Translations under genes and position numbers: made by a program
DNA from: Alphaproteobacteria bacterium
Lineage (GTDB): Bacteria; Planctomycetota; Phycisphaerae; UBA1845
NCBI GenBank assembly: GCA_028285105.1
Contig: JANQQE010000011.1
Location: 383,856 to 447,855, forward strand
DNA length: 64,000 nucleotides
Direction: 5' to 3'
Part shown: positions 28,100 to 36,695 of the stretch, piece by piece
How the letters are laid out: the number at the start of each line of letters is the position of its first letter
Numbering within the stretch: the first letter of the stretch is position 1
The notes under the pieces: model-generated
Database searches by the model: none
The model's input: the letters and a program-made list of their open reading frames with translations, nothing else
What the model was told of the DNA's origin: nothing

Positions 28100-29931
28100 G
28101 AACGCTCTCCCCTTCGACGGAAACCTGCAACAATACGCATCCCGACATAATCCAAGTAGAATAATCCCCAAAGCACCAGGCACAATCCTGAAAAAATATC
28201 GCCATATCTGGAATAGAGGCTGTGGCGCGAGTCGACCTTGATGTTAGCGACCTCGTAACCATCCACATCGGGCCCCACCACCACGCCATTTTTATTCACA
28301 CGGTGATGCACCCTGCCATCCGGATCGACAAAGCAACTGATGCCGGTATTGACCGCTCTCGCAACGCCCACGCGATTTTCCACGGCGCGAAAGACCGATG
28401 CCACAAGGTGCTGGGGCAGCTCGCCGGAATTCGGGAACCATCCATCATTGCTCATGTTCAGGAGAAAATCACAGCGCTTCGTACCATCTTCGCCGGTGAC
28501 AAACCTGCGCGGGATGTAGGGCATCACATTTTCGTAACAAATCGGCGTCGCAAAGCGGTACGCCTTGCCTTCCTGCGATGCCGCCTTCATGGAAAACATC
28601 GTAAATTCGGTGCCAGCCGTCAGCGAATACTCATAATCCGTGTCACCAAACGGCAAGAACTGATTTAACCATAAGTAAACGAATCGAAGCGGGCCATACC
28701 TAAATGGTACGTACTCGCCGATGAGTACGCGGTGGATCTTGTCGTATCGTCCGGGAACACCGCCTTCGGGTGTGAACACATATGCAGAGTTGTATCGACG
28801 CTGCGCAGCTCGAAGGTCGAGCGGGGTCGGTATATACGATGCTGCCCCTGTTACGATGTACGTCTTGTAGTCGACAGCGTGCAGACCAAATCGCTCATAG
28901 CAATACTCGGATGGATACGCTCCGTGGGGTGGCCTGCGCCGAAGTGCCAGATACTCGACATTGAGCTGCATGTGCCATGGTGTTTCCGGCAATAAGAACA
29001 GGTCGGGCGTCTGGGATTGCGCTTCACCGATTAATTGGAAGTAACGATCTGCTCGGTCGCGATGCGTAGGCTCGCGTTCATTTCGCGAAAAGTCAACGAA
29101 GTTCGGATAGTTCCCCTGAATGACCGCAATCATTGGCCCGTCCGAAATCGTACTGGATTGAAGCTGCACCGTTCCGTAACCGAACACGAACAACAAAACG
29201 CACGTCGAATATGCAACGCTCAACCACGCATGCTTCGGCGGTTCAACACCTTCGCCTTCGCATGGCCAACCCATCCGCACCAGAAGCAGATCGGTTACCA
29301 TGCCGTTTACGACAGCCACCATGAAACTAACGCCATACGCCCCAACGAGATCGGAAACCTGAATCGCCGCAAGGAATGGATGTTGGCTGTGACCGAGCAG
29401 GTGCCACGGCAATCCCGGCACGAACATCGAACGCATCGCCTCGCTGCCCACCCAAACGATCGGCAGTATAATCGCCAAAGGCCAGCGCCTGCGCCGGACG
29501 ATGTATCGCACCGGACATGCAACCAAGGGCATGTAAAAACCCAGGGCTAAGAACAGGATGATCGAACCGATACCGGTCACCATGAACATCCAGCGCATGG
29601 TGATGAAAAAGAACGCAGCGCCAATCAGATAACTGAAGACATAAACGCGACGAGCCCGGATCGTGTAACAAACCATCAATAGCCACGGTACAAGGCATAC
29701 ATACGCTGCCGGCCAAATGTCGTGCGGGGCGAAACTGATGATCGAGAGGCCCAACGACGCGATTGAGAGTGTCAGCGTCCATCGCCACTTGCCAAGCGTG
29801 GGTGTCATTTCAGCGTCGGCGAGCGTAGTTGAACCGGACGCATCGTTCGCGCTGCGCTTGGATTTGGAGTATGATGAATTCCGTCTGGCGTTCAACGCTG
29901 CCCCATCCTTGGTGGCGTTAGACCATCTCAT
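28096..29931 (-). CDS. lnt: Apolipoprotein N-acyltransferase
   Basis: N-terminal multi-TM region plus a C-terminal CN-hydrolase domain with catalytic Cys in ATPICYENVMP. The start is uncertain: ATG at 29931 was chosen to avoid overlapping moeA. Alternatives are 29808 or the track start 30078. Confidence 0.8.
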   Translation of the reverse strand: MRWSNATKDGAALNARRNSSYSKSKRSANDASGSTTLADAEMTPTLGKWRWTLTLSIASLGLSIISFAPHDIWPAAYVCLVPWLLMVCYTIRARRVYVFSYLIGAAFFFITMRWMFMVTGIGSIILFLALGFYMPLVACPVRYIVRRRRWPLAIILPIVWVGSEAMRSMFVPGLPWHLLGHSQHPFLAAIQVSDLVGAYGVSFMVAVVNGMVTDLLLVRMGWPCEGEGVEPPKHAWLSVAYSTCVLLFVFGYGTVQLQSSTISDGPMIAVIQGNYPNFVDFSRNEREPTHRDRADRYFQLIGEAQSQTPDLFLLPETPWHMQLNVEYLALRRRPPHGAYPSEYCYERFGLHAVDYKTYIVTGAASYIPTPLDLRAAQRRYNSAYVFTPEGGVPGRYDKIHRVLIGEYVPFRYGPLRFVYLWLNQFLPFGDTDYEYSLTAGTEFTMFSMKAASQEGKAYRFATPICYENVMPYIPRRFVTGEDGTKRCDFLLNMSNDGWFPNSGELPQHLVASVFRAVENRVGVARAVNTGISCFVDPDGRVHHRVNKNGVVVGPDVDGYEVANIKVDSRHSLYSRYGDIFSGLCLVLWGLFYLDYVGMRIVAGFRRRGERS

Positions 29932-29954
29932 TAACCGACCGATGGGACGGTCAG

Positions 29955-31202
29955 TTAGATTCTTTCCAGAATTATCACTTGCACCACGTCGCCATCGGTG
30001 GCGGCTGGCGATCCTGTCGGTCGAACGATCCACCCATTGGCACTTCCCATACCGAACGGATCGCCTGACCCCCGCCACGATAACGCGCTCGCCGTCAGCC
30101 GGCCACCTTCATCCGCTTCTATGCTGGCTGGCCAATAGCTCGCGCGGTCGCCAGCCTGCTTTTGATTACCGATCAGGCGCGCTTCGATCATCTTTGGAAC
30201 CTCACCCGTTCGACCCTGCATTGCCGCAATCGCCGGTCGCACCAGCAACCAATACCCAACCATCGCGCTGATCGGATTGCCAGGAAGCCCAAAAACGCAT
30301 GTTCCCTTCTCCGTCGTTCCGAAGAGCGTCGGCTTGCCGGGCTTAGCCGCCATTTTGTGAAAATGCACTTCAACGCCGCACTTGGTCAGCACCTCTGGCA
30401 CGAAATCATACGCCCCCATCGAAACCCCACCGCTGATGCAGAGTCCGTCGCATTCGAGACCATACTGAATGCATTTAGTCAAGCCAGCCACATCGTCCGG
30501 TGCGATCCCCAGAGAGACCACATCCACGCCGTCGTCACTGAGCAATGCGGCGAGCATCGGCGTGTTGGAATTGCGAATCTGAGCGCCGGTTGGTATTTGG
30601 TCGATGTCCACAAGTTCATTACCGGTGGCCAGCACTGCAAAAACCGGTCGCTTGTAGACGCTCACTTGCGACGCCCCGGCAGCGGCTGCGACGGCGATCT
30701 GCGAAGGCCCGAGACGCATACCTTTGGACAAAACGACAGTGCCTGCCGCTAGGTAATCCGCTCGATCGCATATGTTCTTCCCAGCCGATGCTGCCACTTT
30801 GAGCGCGATCGACCCGCCGTCATCGGACCACTGCGTGTCTTCGATGCGAATGACCGCGTCGGCACCTGACGGAACGGGTGCCCCCGTGTTGATTCGCACA
30901 GCCGCCCCCGCCTCGACAGGAACGTCGGCCGAACTTCCCGCCGCAACATGATCGATCACCCTGAGCGTCGCACCCGGAGCAGTTGCATCGGCGGATCGCA
31001 ATGCAAACCCATCCATCATCGCCTTGTCGAACGGCGGCATATCGATGTCGCACGAAATTTCTTCCGCGAGGGTCAGGCCTAACGCCTGCATCAGATCAGT
31101 TGATTCGACAGCGACCAGTTGCACATGATCAAGCACGATTCGCTGAGCGTTGGCGACAGAGATGAGGCTTTGCTTTGATTCACTCATGTCTGCATTTTGC
31201 AA
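29955..31202 (-). CDS. moeA: Molybdopterin molybdenumtransferase MoeA
   Basis: MoeA domain order with the conserved GGVSMG motif and the LATGNEL region. 415 aa. Confidence 0.85.
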   Translation of the reverse strand: MQNADMSESKQSLISVANAQRIVLDHVQLVAVESTDLMQALGLTLAEEISCDIDMPPFDKAMMDGFALRSADATAPGATLRVIDHVAAGSSADVPVEAGAAVRINTGAPVPSGADAVIRIEDTQWSDDGGSIALKVAASAGKNICDRADYLAAGTVVLSKGMRLGPSQIAVAAAAGASQVSVYKRPVFAVLATGNELVDIDQIPTGAQIRNSNTPMLAALLSDDGVDVVSLGIAPDDVAGLTKCIQYGLECDGLCISGGVSMGAYDFVPEVLTKCGVEVHFHKMAAKPGKPTLFGTTEKGTCVFGLPGNPISAMVGYWLLVRPAIAAMQGRTGEVPKMIEARLIGNQKQAGDRASYWPASIEADEGGRLTASALSWRGSGDPFGMGSANGWIVRPTGSPAATDGDVVQVIILERI

Positions 31203-31330
31203 GTGTAGATGCGTGCGGTCAATCGATCTTCATCGCAAACCCGTGAATGAAATAAGCACAGACTCACTTGGAGCCTGTGCTTATGTTGATTCTATTTGCG
31301 CTGTTCGCAGAGCAGTGGCACGAACTTGGT

Positions 31331-32671
31331 TCAAACCGACTTGCTTTCCTGCGTTGTGACTTTGTCGCCGTTCTTCTTTCCGATGTTACCGGCGATGGCC
31401 TGACTCAGGTCGCGCAGGTCCACGCCGAGGACGCTTTCGATTGTGGCCATTGACTCGCTGAGCATGCGAGCTTTGCCCATTGCTGCGCCTGCAATGGCAT
31501 TGCCGTTTCCGCCGTCGATGACCGTCACGTCGCCGAGATTGACACCTTGAATGGTCTTGGTCATTTCCGTTACGACGCTGGGCATCATCTCGACGAGCAT
31601 GACCTTCAGTGCCTCTGGGTGCTTTTGGATGGTTTGACCGATCTGCTCGATCGCCATGGCCCGGGCTTTACCCTCTTCAAGGATGGTTGCGGCTTCACCC
31701 TCTGCTTTGGCGCGGGCGACATCGCGATCGGCGACGGCTTGGGCGACCTCGGTGGCTTGCAGACGTTCGCGTTCCGATTCTGCGGCGGCCTTGTTGCGTT
31801 CGGCTTCTTTAATCGCGGCTTCCCGGGCGAGTTCGGCTTTTCGAATCCGCAGATCGTTGTCGGCTTCGGCGATGGCCTTGTCGGCGTGCAAGCGGGCTTC
31901 CTCGGCCTTTTGTCGTGACGAGGCTTCGGCGGCTTTCGCTTCGGCGTCTCGGATGGCCTGTGCTTGCCGTGAAGACGATCCTGCTTCGGCTTCTTTGATG
32001 TCGGCTTCTGCTTTGCGCTGGGCTTCGTACTGACGGGCTTGGGCGCGAACCTCTGCCGATGCCTTGCGTGCGATCGACTCGAGATACTGATCGTCGTCGT
32101 GAACGTTTTGAATGTTCACACTGTCGATGATCAGACCCAGCTTGCGAAAGTCATCGGTGACTTCGTTCATCACCGTGGTGACGAACTTATCGCGATCTTC
32201 GACGATTTCTTCTGGCGTCATCTTTCCGATCACCGCACGCAAACCACCTTCGAGCGTTTCGCGGGCGACACGCTGCATCTCGACTTGCGGTTGATTAAGG
32301 AATCGCTCGACCGCATTGCCCCGCGTGTCCGGTTCTGATGAAACCTTCACGTTGGCCACGCCCGTAACGAGGATCGGGATCATCGTGCCGCCACCGGCTT
32401 GGGCCTTCACTTCGAGACCGACCTGCATGTTGCGCAGACTGATTTTTGCAACCTGCTCGATAATCGGCCAAACGACCGTTCGACCGCCGATCAACGTGCG
32501 ATAGCCTTCATTCGGACCAGAACGCTTACCGCTGATCACGAGCAACTCACTTGGATCGCCCACAACCATGATCTTTGCGACAAACGCGGCAAACGCGATG
32601 GCCACAAAAAGTATTCCACCGCCCAATACCATGTACGGTGTAAATGACTTCGCCAGGAGTATCGATGCCAT
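31331..32671 (-). CDS. Flotillin-like SPFH/band 7 protein with a long Ala/Glu/Lys-rich coiled coil
   Basis: Start ATG 32671 with GGAGG 5 nt upstream. N-terminal TM. SPFH domain followed by an EA-rich repeat (AEAKAAEASSRQKAEEARLHADKAIAEA...) typical of FloT/YqiK-type flotillins. Confidence 0.8.
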   Translation of the reverse strand: MASILLAKSFTPYMVLGGGILFVAIAFAAFVAKIMVVGDPSELLVISGKRSGPNEGYRTLIGGRTVVWPIIEQVAKISLRNMQVGLEVKAQAGGGTMIPILVTGVANVKVSSEPDTRGNAVERFLNQPQVEMQRVARETLEGGLRAVIGKMTPEEIVEDRDKFVTTVMNEVTDDFRKLGLIIDSVNIQNVHDDDQYLESIARKASAEVRAQARQYEAQRKAEADIKEAEAGSSSRQAQAIRDAEAKAAEASSRQKAEEARLHADKAIAEADNDLRIRKAELAREAAIKEAERNKAAAESERERLQATEVAQAVADRDVARAKAEGEAATILEEGKARAMAIEQIGQTIQKHPEALKVMLVEMMPSVVTEMTKTIQGVNLGDVTVIDGGNGNAIAGAAMGKARMLSESMATIESVLGVDLRDLSQAIAGNIGKKNGDKVTTQESKSV

Positions 32672-32684
32672 AAGTGCCTCCATT

Positions 32685-33434
32685 CTACGAGTTATTGATA
32701 AAGTCGTGTTCCTTCCGCGACACAACGACTGCCAGACCACCGGAGTAGTCTACGATCGCCACAGCCTCTCCGCGTTTGAACGAATCGTCCTCACGCTGAG
32801 CGATGGCTGAAACGTAATGCTCTCTGTTGCCGATGCGAACCCCGACTTCACCGCGCGACGGCGGTGTGATCGCAACCGTCACGCGACCGGGCTGCCCGAC
32901 GAAATCTTTGATCGAAATCTGACTATTGCCACCGCTGCTCTTGAGCGCACGAATGGCTTGATGAACGCCCTGCCCAACACCCAGCCCCGCAAAAAACGAA
33001 GTCAGCAAAACCCAAAGAGGCGTCACATCGGTCATGTGCGTCAACACCGTACCGGTCAAACCGAACGATGCCGCAAAGTACACAAGGAAACTGACCGAAA
33101 ACCACGTCGAAAGATCGAGCAGTCCGTGATGATGTTCAACACCGCCGAATTCGTGATCGTGCCCGACGCCATCTGCATCGAGATCGACACCGCCATCCAG
33201 ATCAGCGCCGCCATCGAGATCCAAACCACCGTCGAGATCAACGTCCATTTCCATATCGACGTCGAGGTCCATGTCCATGTCGAGATCGAGATCTGCATCG
33301 ACCGAACCGGAATGATCGCCGCCGAAGACAGTCGAGATCACCAGCAGCCCGCCACCGACAATCAGGCAAACAATGTAGAGGCCCGAAAGAGATGGCATCG
33401 CCAGAGTAGCCAGTAAGATGACCGGGATAGACAT
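32685..33434 (-). CDS. NfeD-family membrane protein (partner of flotillin) with an unusual Asp-Leu/Asp-Met acidic repeat
   Basis: Start ATG 33434 with GGAGG 8 nt upstream. TM helices. C-terminal OB-fold-like GQPGRVTVAITPPSRGEVGVRIGNREHYVSAIAQ. Lies immediately upstream of the flotillin gene, the classic nfeD-floT / yqiJ-yqiK arrangement. Confidence 0.7.
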   Translation of the reverse strand: MSIPVILLATLAMPSLSGLYIVCLIVGGGLLVISTVFGGDHSGSVDADLDLDMDMDLDVDMEMDVDLDGGLDLDGGADLDGGVDLDADGVGHDHEFGGVEHHHGLLDLSTWFSVSFLVYFAASFGLTGTVLTHMTDVTPLWVLLTSFFAGLGVGQGVHQAIRALKSSGGNSQISIKDFVGQPGRVTVAITPPSRGEVGVRIGNREHYVSAIAQREDDSFKRGEAVAIVDYSGGLAVVVSRKEHDFINNS

Positions 33435-33691
33435 TTCGCGTCCTCCGCGCAATGAACCGTATCGCGGTTACGTCGAACCGGACGCCCGAGATAATCGTAA
33501 CCACCCAACACCAAAAGCTTAATACACGCCCGATTTGGTGGATACTACAACTGTTCGTGAACTTTCTAACGGCTCGTGGGATCGCCCAAATTGGGCTAGA
33601 ATGCCCGAAAATCGGCGTGAATTTCAAAATCGGACCTATTCGTCCGCGAATTTCAGCCGTACTCACACCTGCGTTCATGGAGAATCGGCAT

Positions 33692-34861
33692 ATGAAGGTG
33701 CTTTATTTTGACTGCTTTAACGGGGCGGCTGGCGACATGTTGGCCGGGGCGCTGATCGATTCGGGCGTGCCCATTGATCGGATACGCTCCGAACTCGAAG
33801 CGCTCAATGTTTCCGGTTACACCGTCGAAGCCGAAAGCATCCGCAAGCAAGGTTTCGCCGCGACGAAGTTTCACGTCCACATGGATGCTTCCAAAGATCA
33901 ACCGCACCGCCACCTGCACCACATCGAAAAAATCATCGCCGATTCGACGTTATCGGATGGTGTGCGTAAACGCGTGATGGAAGTCTTCGAGCGACTGGCC
34001 GACGCCGAAGCTGCCGCCCATGGCACGACGCGCGACAAAGTTCACTTTCACGAAGTCGGAGCTATCGATGCGATTGTGGATATCGTTTCGGTTTGTCTTG
34101 CGGTCGAAATCATCGCGCCGGATCGCATCGTCGCATCGCATCTGCCGGTCGGTTCCGGAACGGTCAAATGCGAACACGGCATCATGCCGGTCCCCGCGCC
34201 CGCAACCGCGATCCTTCTCAAGGGCGTACCCATTCAACAAATCGAAGAAACCGGCGAACTCTTAACACCAACTGCTGCCGCCCTGTTGACGACGCTTTGC
34301 GACGAGTTCGGCGCGATGCCGTCGATGCACATCGAACAAATCGGGATCGGATCCGGCACGCGCGACGGCAAAACGCGTCCGAATATCCTGCGGGCAATGG
34401 TCGGCACGTCGGCTGATCAATCCGCTACCGATACTGTCGCCGTATTGGAAGCCAACCTCGATGACGCCCCTGGGGAGTGGGTTGGGCACTGTATAAACCG
34501 CCTTCTCGATGCTGGTGTACTCGATGCCTACACGGTGCCGATATACATGAAGAAGGGGCGGCCCGGGGTGGTTCTGTCGGTGATTTGCGAGCCGAAAGAT
34601 CAGCCGCGTGTCGAGAGCATCATCTTCGGGGAAACGTCGACGTTTGGCATTCGGCATCGATTGATGCAGCGTACGAAGCTGCAACGCGAACATCGAACCG
34701 TTGAAACGAAGTACGGACAGATTCGCATCAAGGTCGGCTCGCGCGAAGGCGAAGTGACAACCGCCTCCCCGGAATACGAAGACTGTGCAGCCGCCGCAAA
34801 GAAACATGACGTCGCACTGCGGAAGGTCATTGCGGCAGCAATCAAAGCACATTCGTCGTAG
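33692..34861 (+). CDS. larC: LarC-family nickel insertion protein (DUF111, pyridinium-3,5-bisthiocarboxylic acid mononucleotide nickel chelatase family)
   Basis: Start ATG 33692 (MKVLYFDCFNGAAGDMLAGALIDSGV is the hallmark DUF111 N-terminus). About 390 aa. The ORF-track extension from 33452 is spurious. Confidence 0.8.
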   Translation: MKVLYFDCFNGAAGDMLAGALIDSGVPIDRIRSELEALNVSGYTVEAESIRKQGFAATKFHVHMDASKDQPHRHLHHIEKIIADSTLSDGVRKRVMEVFERLADAEAAAHGTTRDKVHFHEVGAIDAIVDIVSVCLAVEIIAPDRIVASHLPVGSGTVKCEHGIMPVPAPATAILLKGVPIQQIEETGELLTPTAAALLTTLCDEFGAMPSMHIEQIGIGSGTRDGKTRPNILRAMVGTSADQSATDTVAVLEANLDDAPGEWVGHCINRLLDAGVLDAYTVPIYMKKGRPGVVLSVICEPKDQPRVESIIFGETSTFGIRHRLMQRTKLQREHRTVETKYGQIRIKVGSREGEVTTASPEYEDCAAAAKKHDVALRKVIAAAIKAHSS

Positions 34862-34893
34862 CGCCGCACGACATTATCAGAGGGATTGAGAAC

Positions 34894-35340
34894 ATGGACG
34901 TTTCAAGATTCCTATTGGGCACAACTGAATCGAGCAGCACACCGTTACCGTTCCTACTCGCCCTGCTGATTATGACGCCGATACTGGTCATCTCGACGCG
35001 TCGTCGAATGCGTCGCAGCAACCGCCCCGCCAAACAGCCCGAGCGCACACGAACTTCCAACATCCTCGAACGGGCTGACGCCATCCGCCGCAAGCGATCG
35101 ACCGAAGCCGCATCAGGTGCAGCGATGCTTGAATTCCAGGAATACGCCCGCACCATTCAGGCACAAATCGACAACCGTTATCAGAAACTCGAAAAAGCGG
35201 CTGCCCATGCCGATCAGAAAATCGCGGAATTGCGGGCGCTGCTGGCTCAGTCGGGTTCAAATGCGGACGGCGACCCACCGGGTGTTGACCCCAATATGGA
35301 CGTCTGGCACACCATTGCCAATGCTCGCACGCAGGATTAG
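34894..35340 (+). CDS. Hypothetical membrane-anchored coiled-coil protein
   Basis: N-terminal TM (LPFLLALLIMTPILVI), basic stretch, then coiled-coil-like QAQIDNRYQKLEKAAAHADQKIAELRALLAQ. Confidence 0.4.
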   Translation: MDVSRFLLGTTESSSTPLPFLLALLIMTPILVISTRRRMRRSNRPAKQPERTRTSNILERADAIRRKRSTEAASGAAMLEFQEYARTIQAQIDNRYQKLEKAAAHADQKIAELRALLAQSGSNADGDPPGVDPNMDVWHTIANARTQD

Positions 35341-35463
35341 CAAATAAATCCTTGCGACATGGCCATCCGATGTAGTCCCGCCGATTTTCGCTGCCTAGAA
35401 TCGGGCGTCAGGGTATGCATTCGAATTCTCTCACACTCTCATGAATAGGTTGAATCCGGGCTT

Positions 35464-36279
35464 ATGGGACTGACCGTTTCACTCGTCACTGGACCGAGAC
35501 AAGCCGGGAAGACTTCCCTTATCCGCATCATCAAGGACGAGGTCTGCAAATCGACCCCGCACCTTTTGCGGCTGATCCCTGCCAATCAATCACGACTTTC
35601 CGCCGCCGGTTCGAACAAGCGTTCATTTCAAAGCGATGCCGGTTTCGAGAACGTCATCTATGAACCCGACCGTGTGTTCGAAACGCTGCCCGAAATCCTG
35701 ACGCGGATTCATGCGGAGGATCGGTACGGCTGCGTGATTGTCGAGGGCGACACCGATCCGAATCTGCTACAGGCGTACCCGTACGATTTTGAAATCTTCA
35801 TCATGCCCGCGCCGGAGTGCGAGGATGAAATCTTCCGCTCGAAGGATCAGGTGAAGAAGGCGTTTGAAGATGCGATGAACGATACAGCCGCGTTTACCAG
35901 CGAGATATTCGGGGTGGTTGGCGTCGAAGATTCGTGGACGGGTGAAACCAAAACGCCCAAACCCAACATGAGCGACACGCAGATGCTTCGGGCGATGGAT
36001 TCGCCTTTGGGGCAGGAGTTGGCGTCGCGGATTCAATGCCTGCCGGACTACCGCGGTTTGATCGACAGCAACGCGATCGTCGTCAACACCGGCATCGGCG
36101 GAACGTCAGGGGCAGCCGACGCCGTGGTGGCCCGCCTGGAAAAGCTCATAAGCAAGCACAACCCATCCAATCGCAATCAATCGGTGTACTGCTGCGACGT
36201 TCTCGACCCGCACGACCCACGCCGAAAGAAGTTGCTAAGCCAGTTGACCCATGAGCATCCACTTCCCCATAGTGCGTAA
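35464..36279 (+). CDS. Uncharacterised P-loop NTPase
   Basis: Walker A GPRQAGKTSL at the N-terminus, with a possible Walker B-like hydrophobic strand CVIVEGD. The family is not recognised. Confidence 0.5.
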   Translation: MGLTVSLVTGPRQAGKTSLIRIIKDEVCKSTPHLLRLIPANQSRLSAAGSNKRSFQSDAGFENVIYEPDRVFETLPEILTRIHAEDRYGCVIVEGDTDPNLLQAYPYDFEIFIMPAPECEDEIFRSKDQVKKAFEDAMNDTAAFTSEIFGVVGVEDSWTGETKTPKPNMSDTQMLRAMDSPLGQELASRIQCLPDYRGLIDSNAIVVNTGIGGTSGAADAVVARLEKLISKHNPSNRNQSVYCCDVLDPHDPRRKKLLSQLTHEHPLPHSA

Positions 36280-36306
36280 GTGCGTTCAATCGGATTGAAT
36301 TTGAGT

Positions 36307-36573
36307 CTAACGCCAGAACTTGCCGTGCGCTGGTTTAGCCGCGCTGAATTCGGCGGGCCGCAACATCGGACGGGCGGCCCAAGGCTTCTTGGGCTTAGCC
36401 GGACGAATCACATCGATCGCCTGAAGCACGCCGCGTTGCTGATGCGGAGAAAGCGTGCGGTAGCGGACGATCATCCGAACCTCTTCAATGGTCAAGTTAA
36501 AAACATCATTGACATCGGCATCGTTGATCCCGGCGTGTTCGATCGTCGTATTTGGCGATAGCGTTGGACTCAT
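36307..36573 (-). CDS. Small hypothetical protein
   Basis: ATG 36573 with GAGGG SD. 88 aa. No recognisable domain. Confidence 0.35.
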   Translation of the reverse strand: MSPTLSPNTTIEHAGINDADVNDVFNLTIEEVRMIVRYRTLSPHQQRGVLQAIDVIRPAKPKKPWAARPMLRPAEFSAAKPAHGKFWR

Positions 36574-36695
36574 GTTGCTGCCCTCACTTGTGTGATAGCG
36601 TTTCAAAACCCGCCGGAATTCAACGTCACCGGGGACTGAAATGGTTATCGGAAGTTAAGGCGAACAAGTTTTGGGCAGCCGGCAGAGTGGGCGAT

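Noticed and set aside
33452-33691. ORF-track N-terminal extension of larC starting at 33452
   Set aside because: The hallmark DUF111 N-terminus begins at ATG 33692. The upstream 80 codons overlap the divergent nfeD promoter region and look non-coding.
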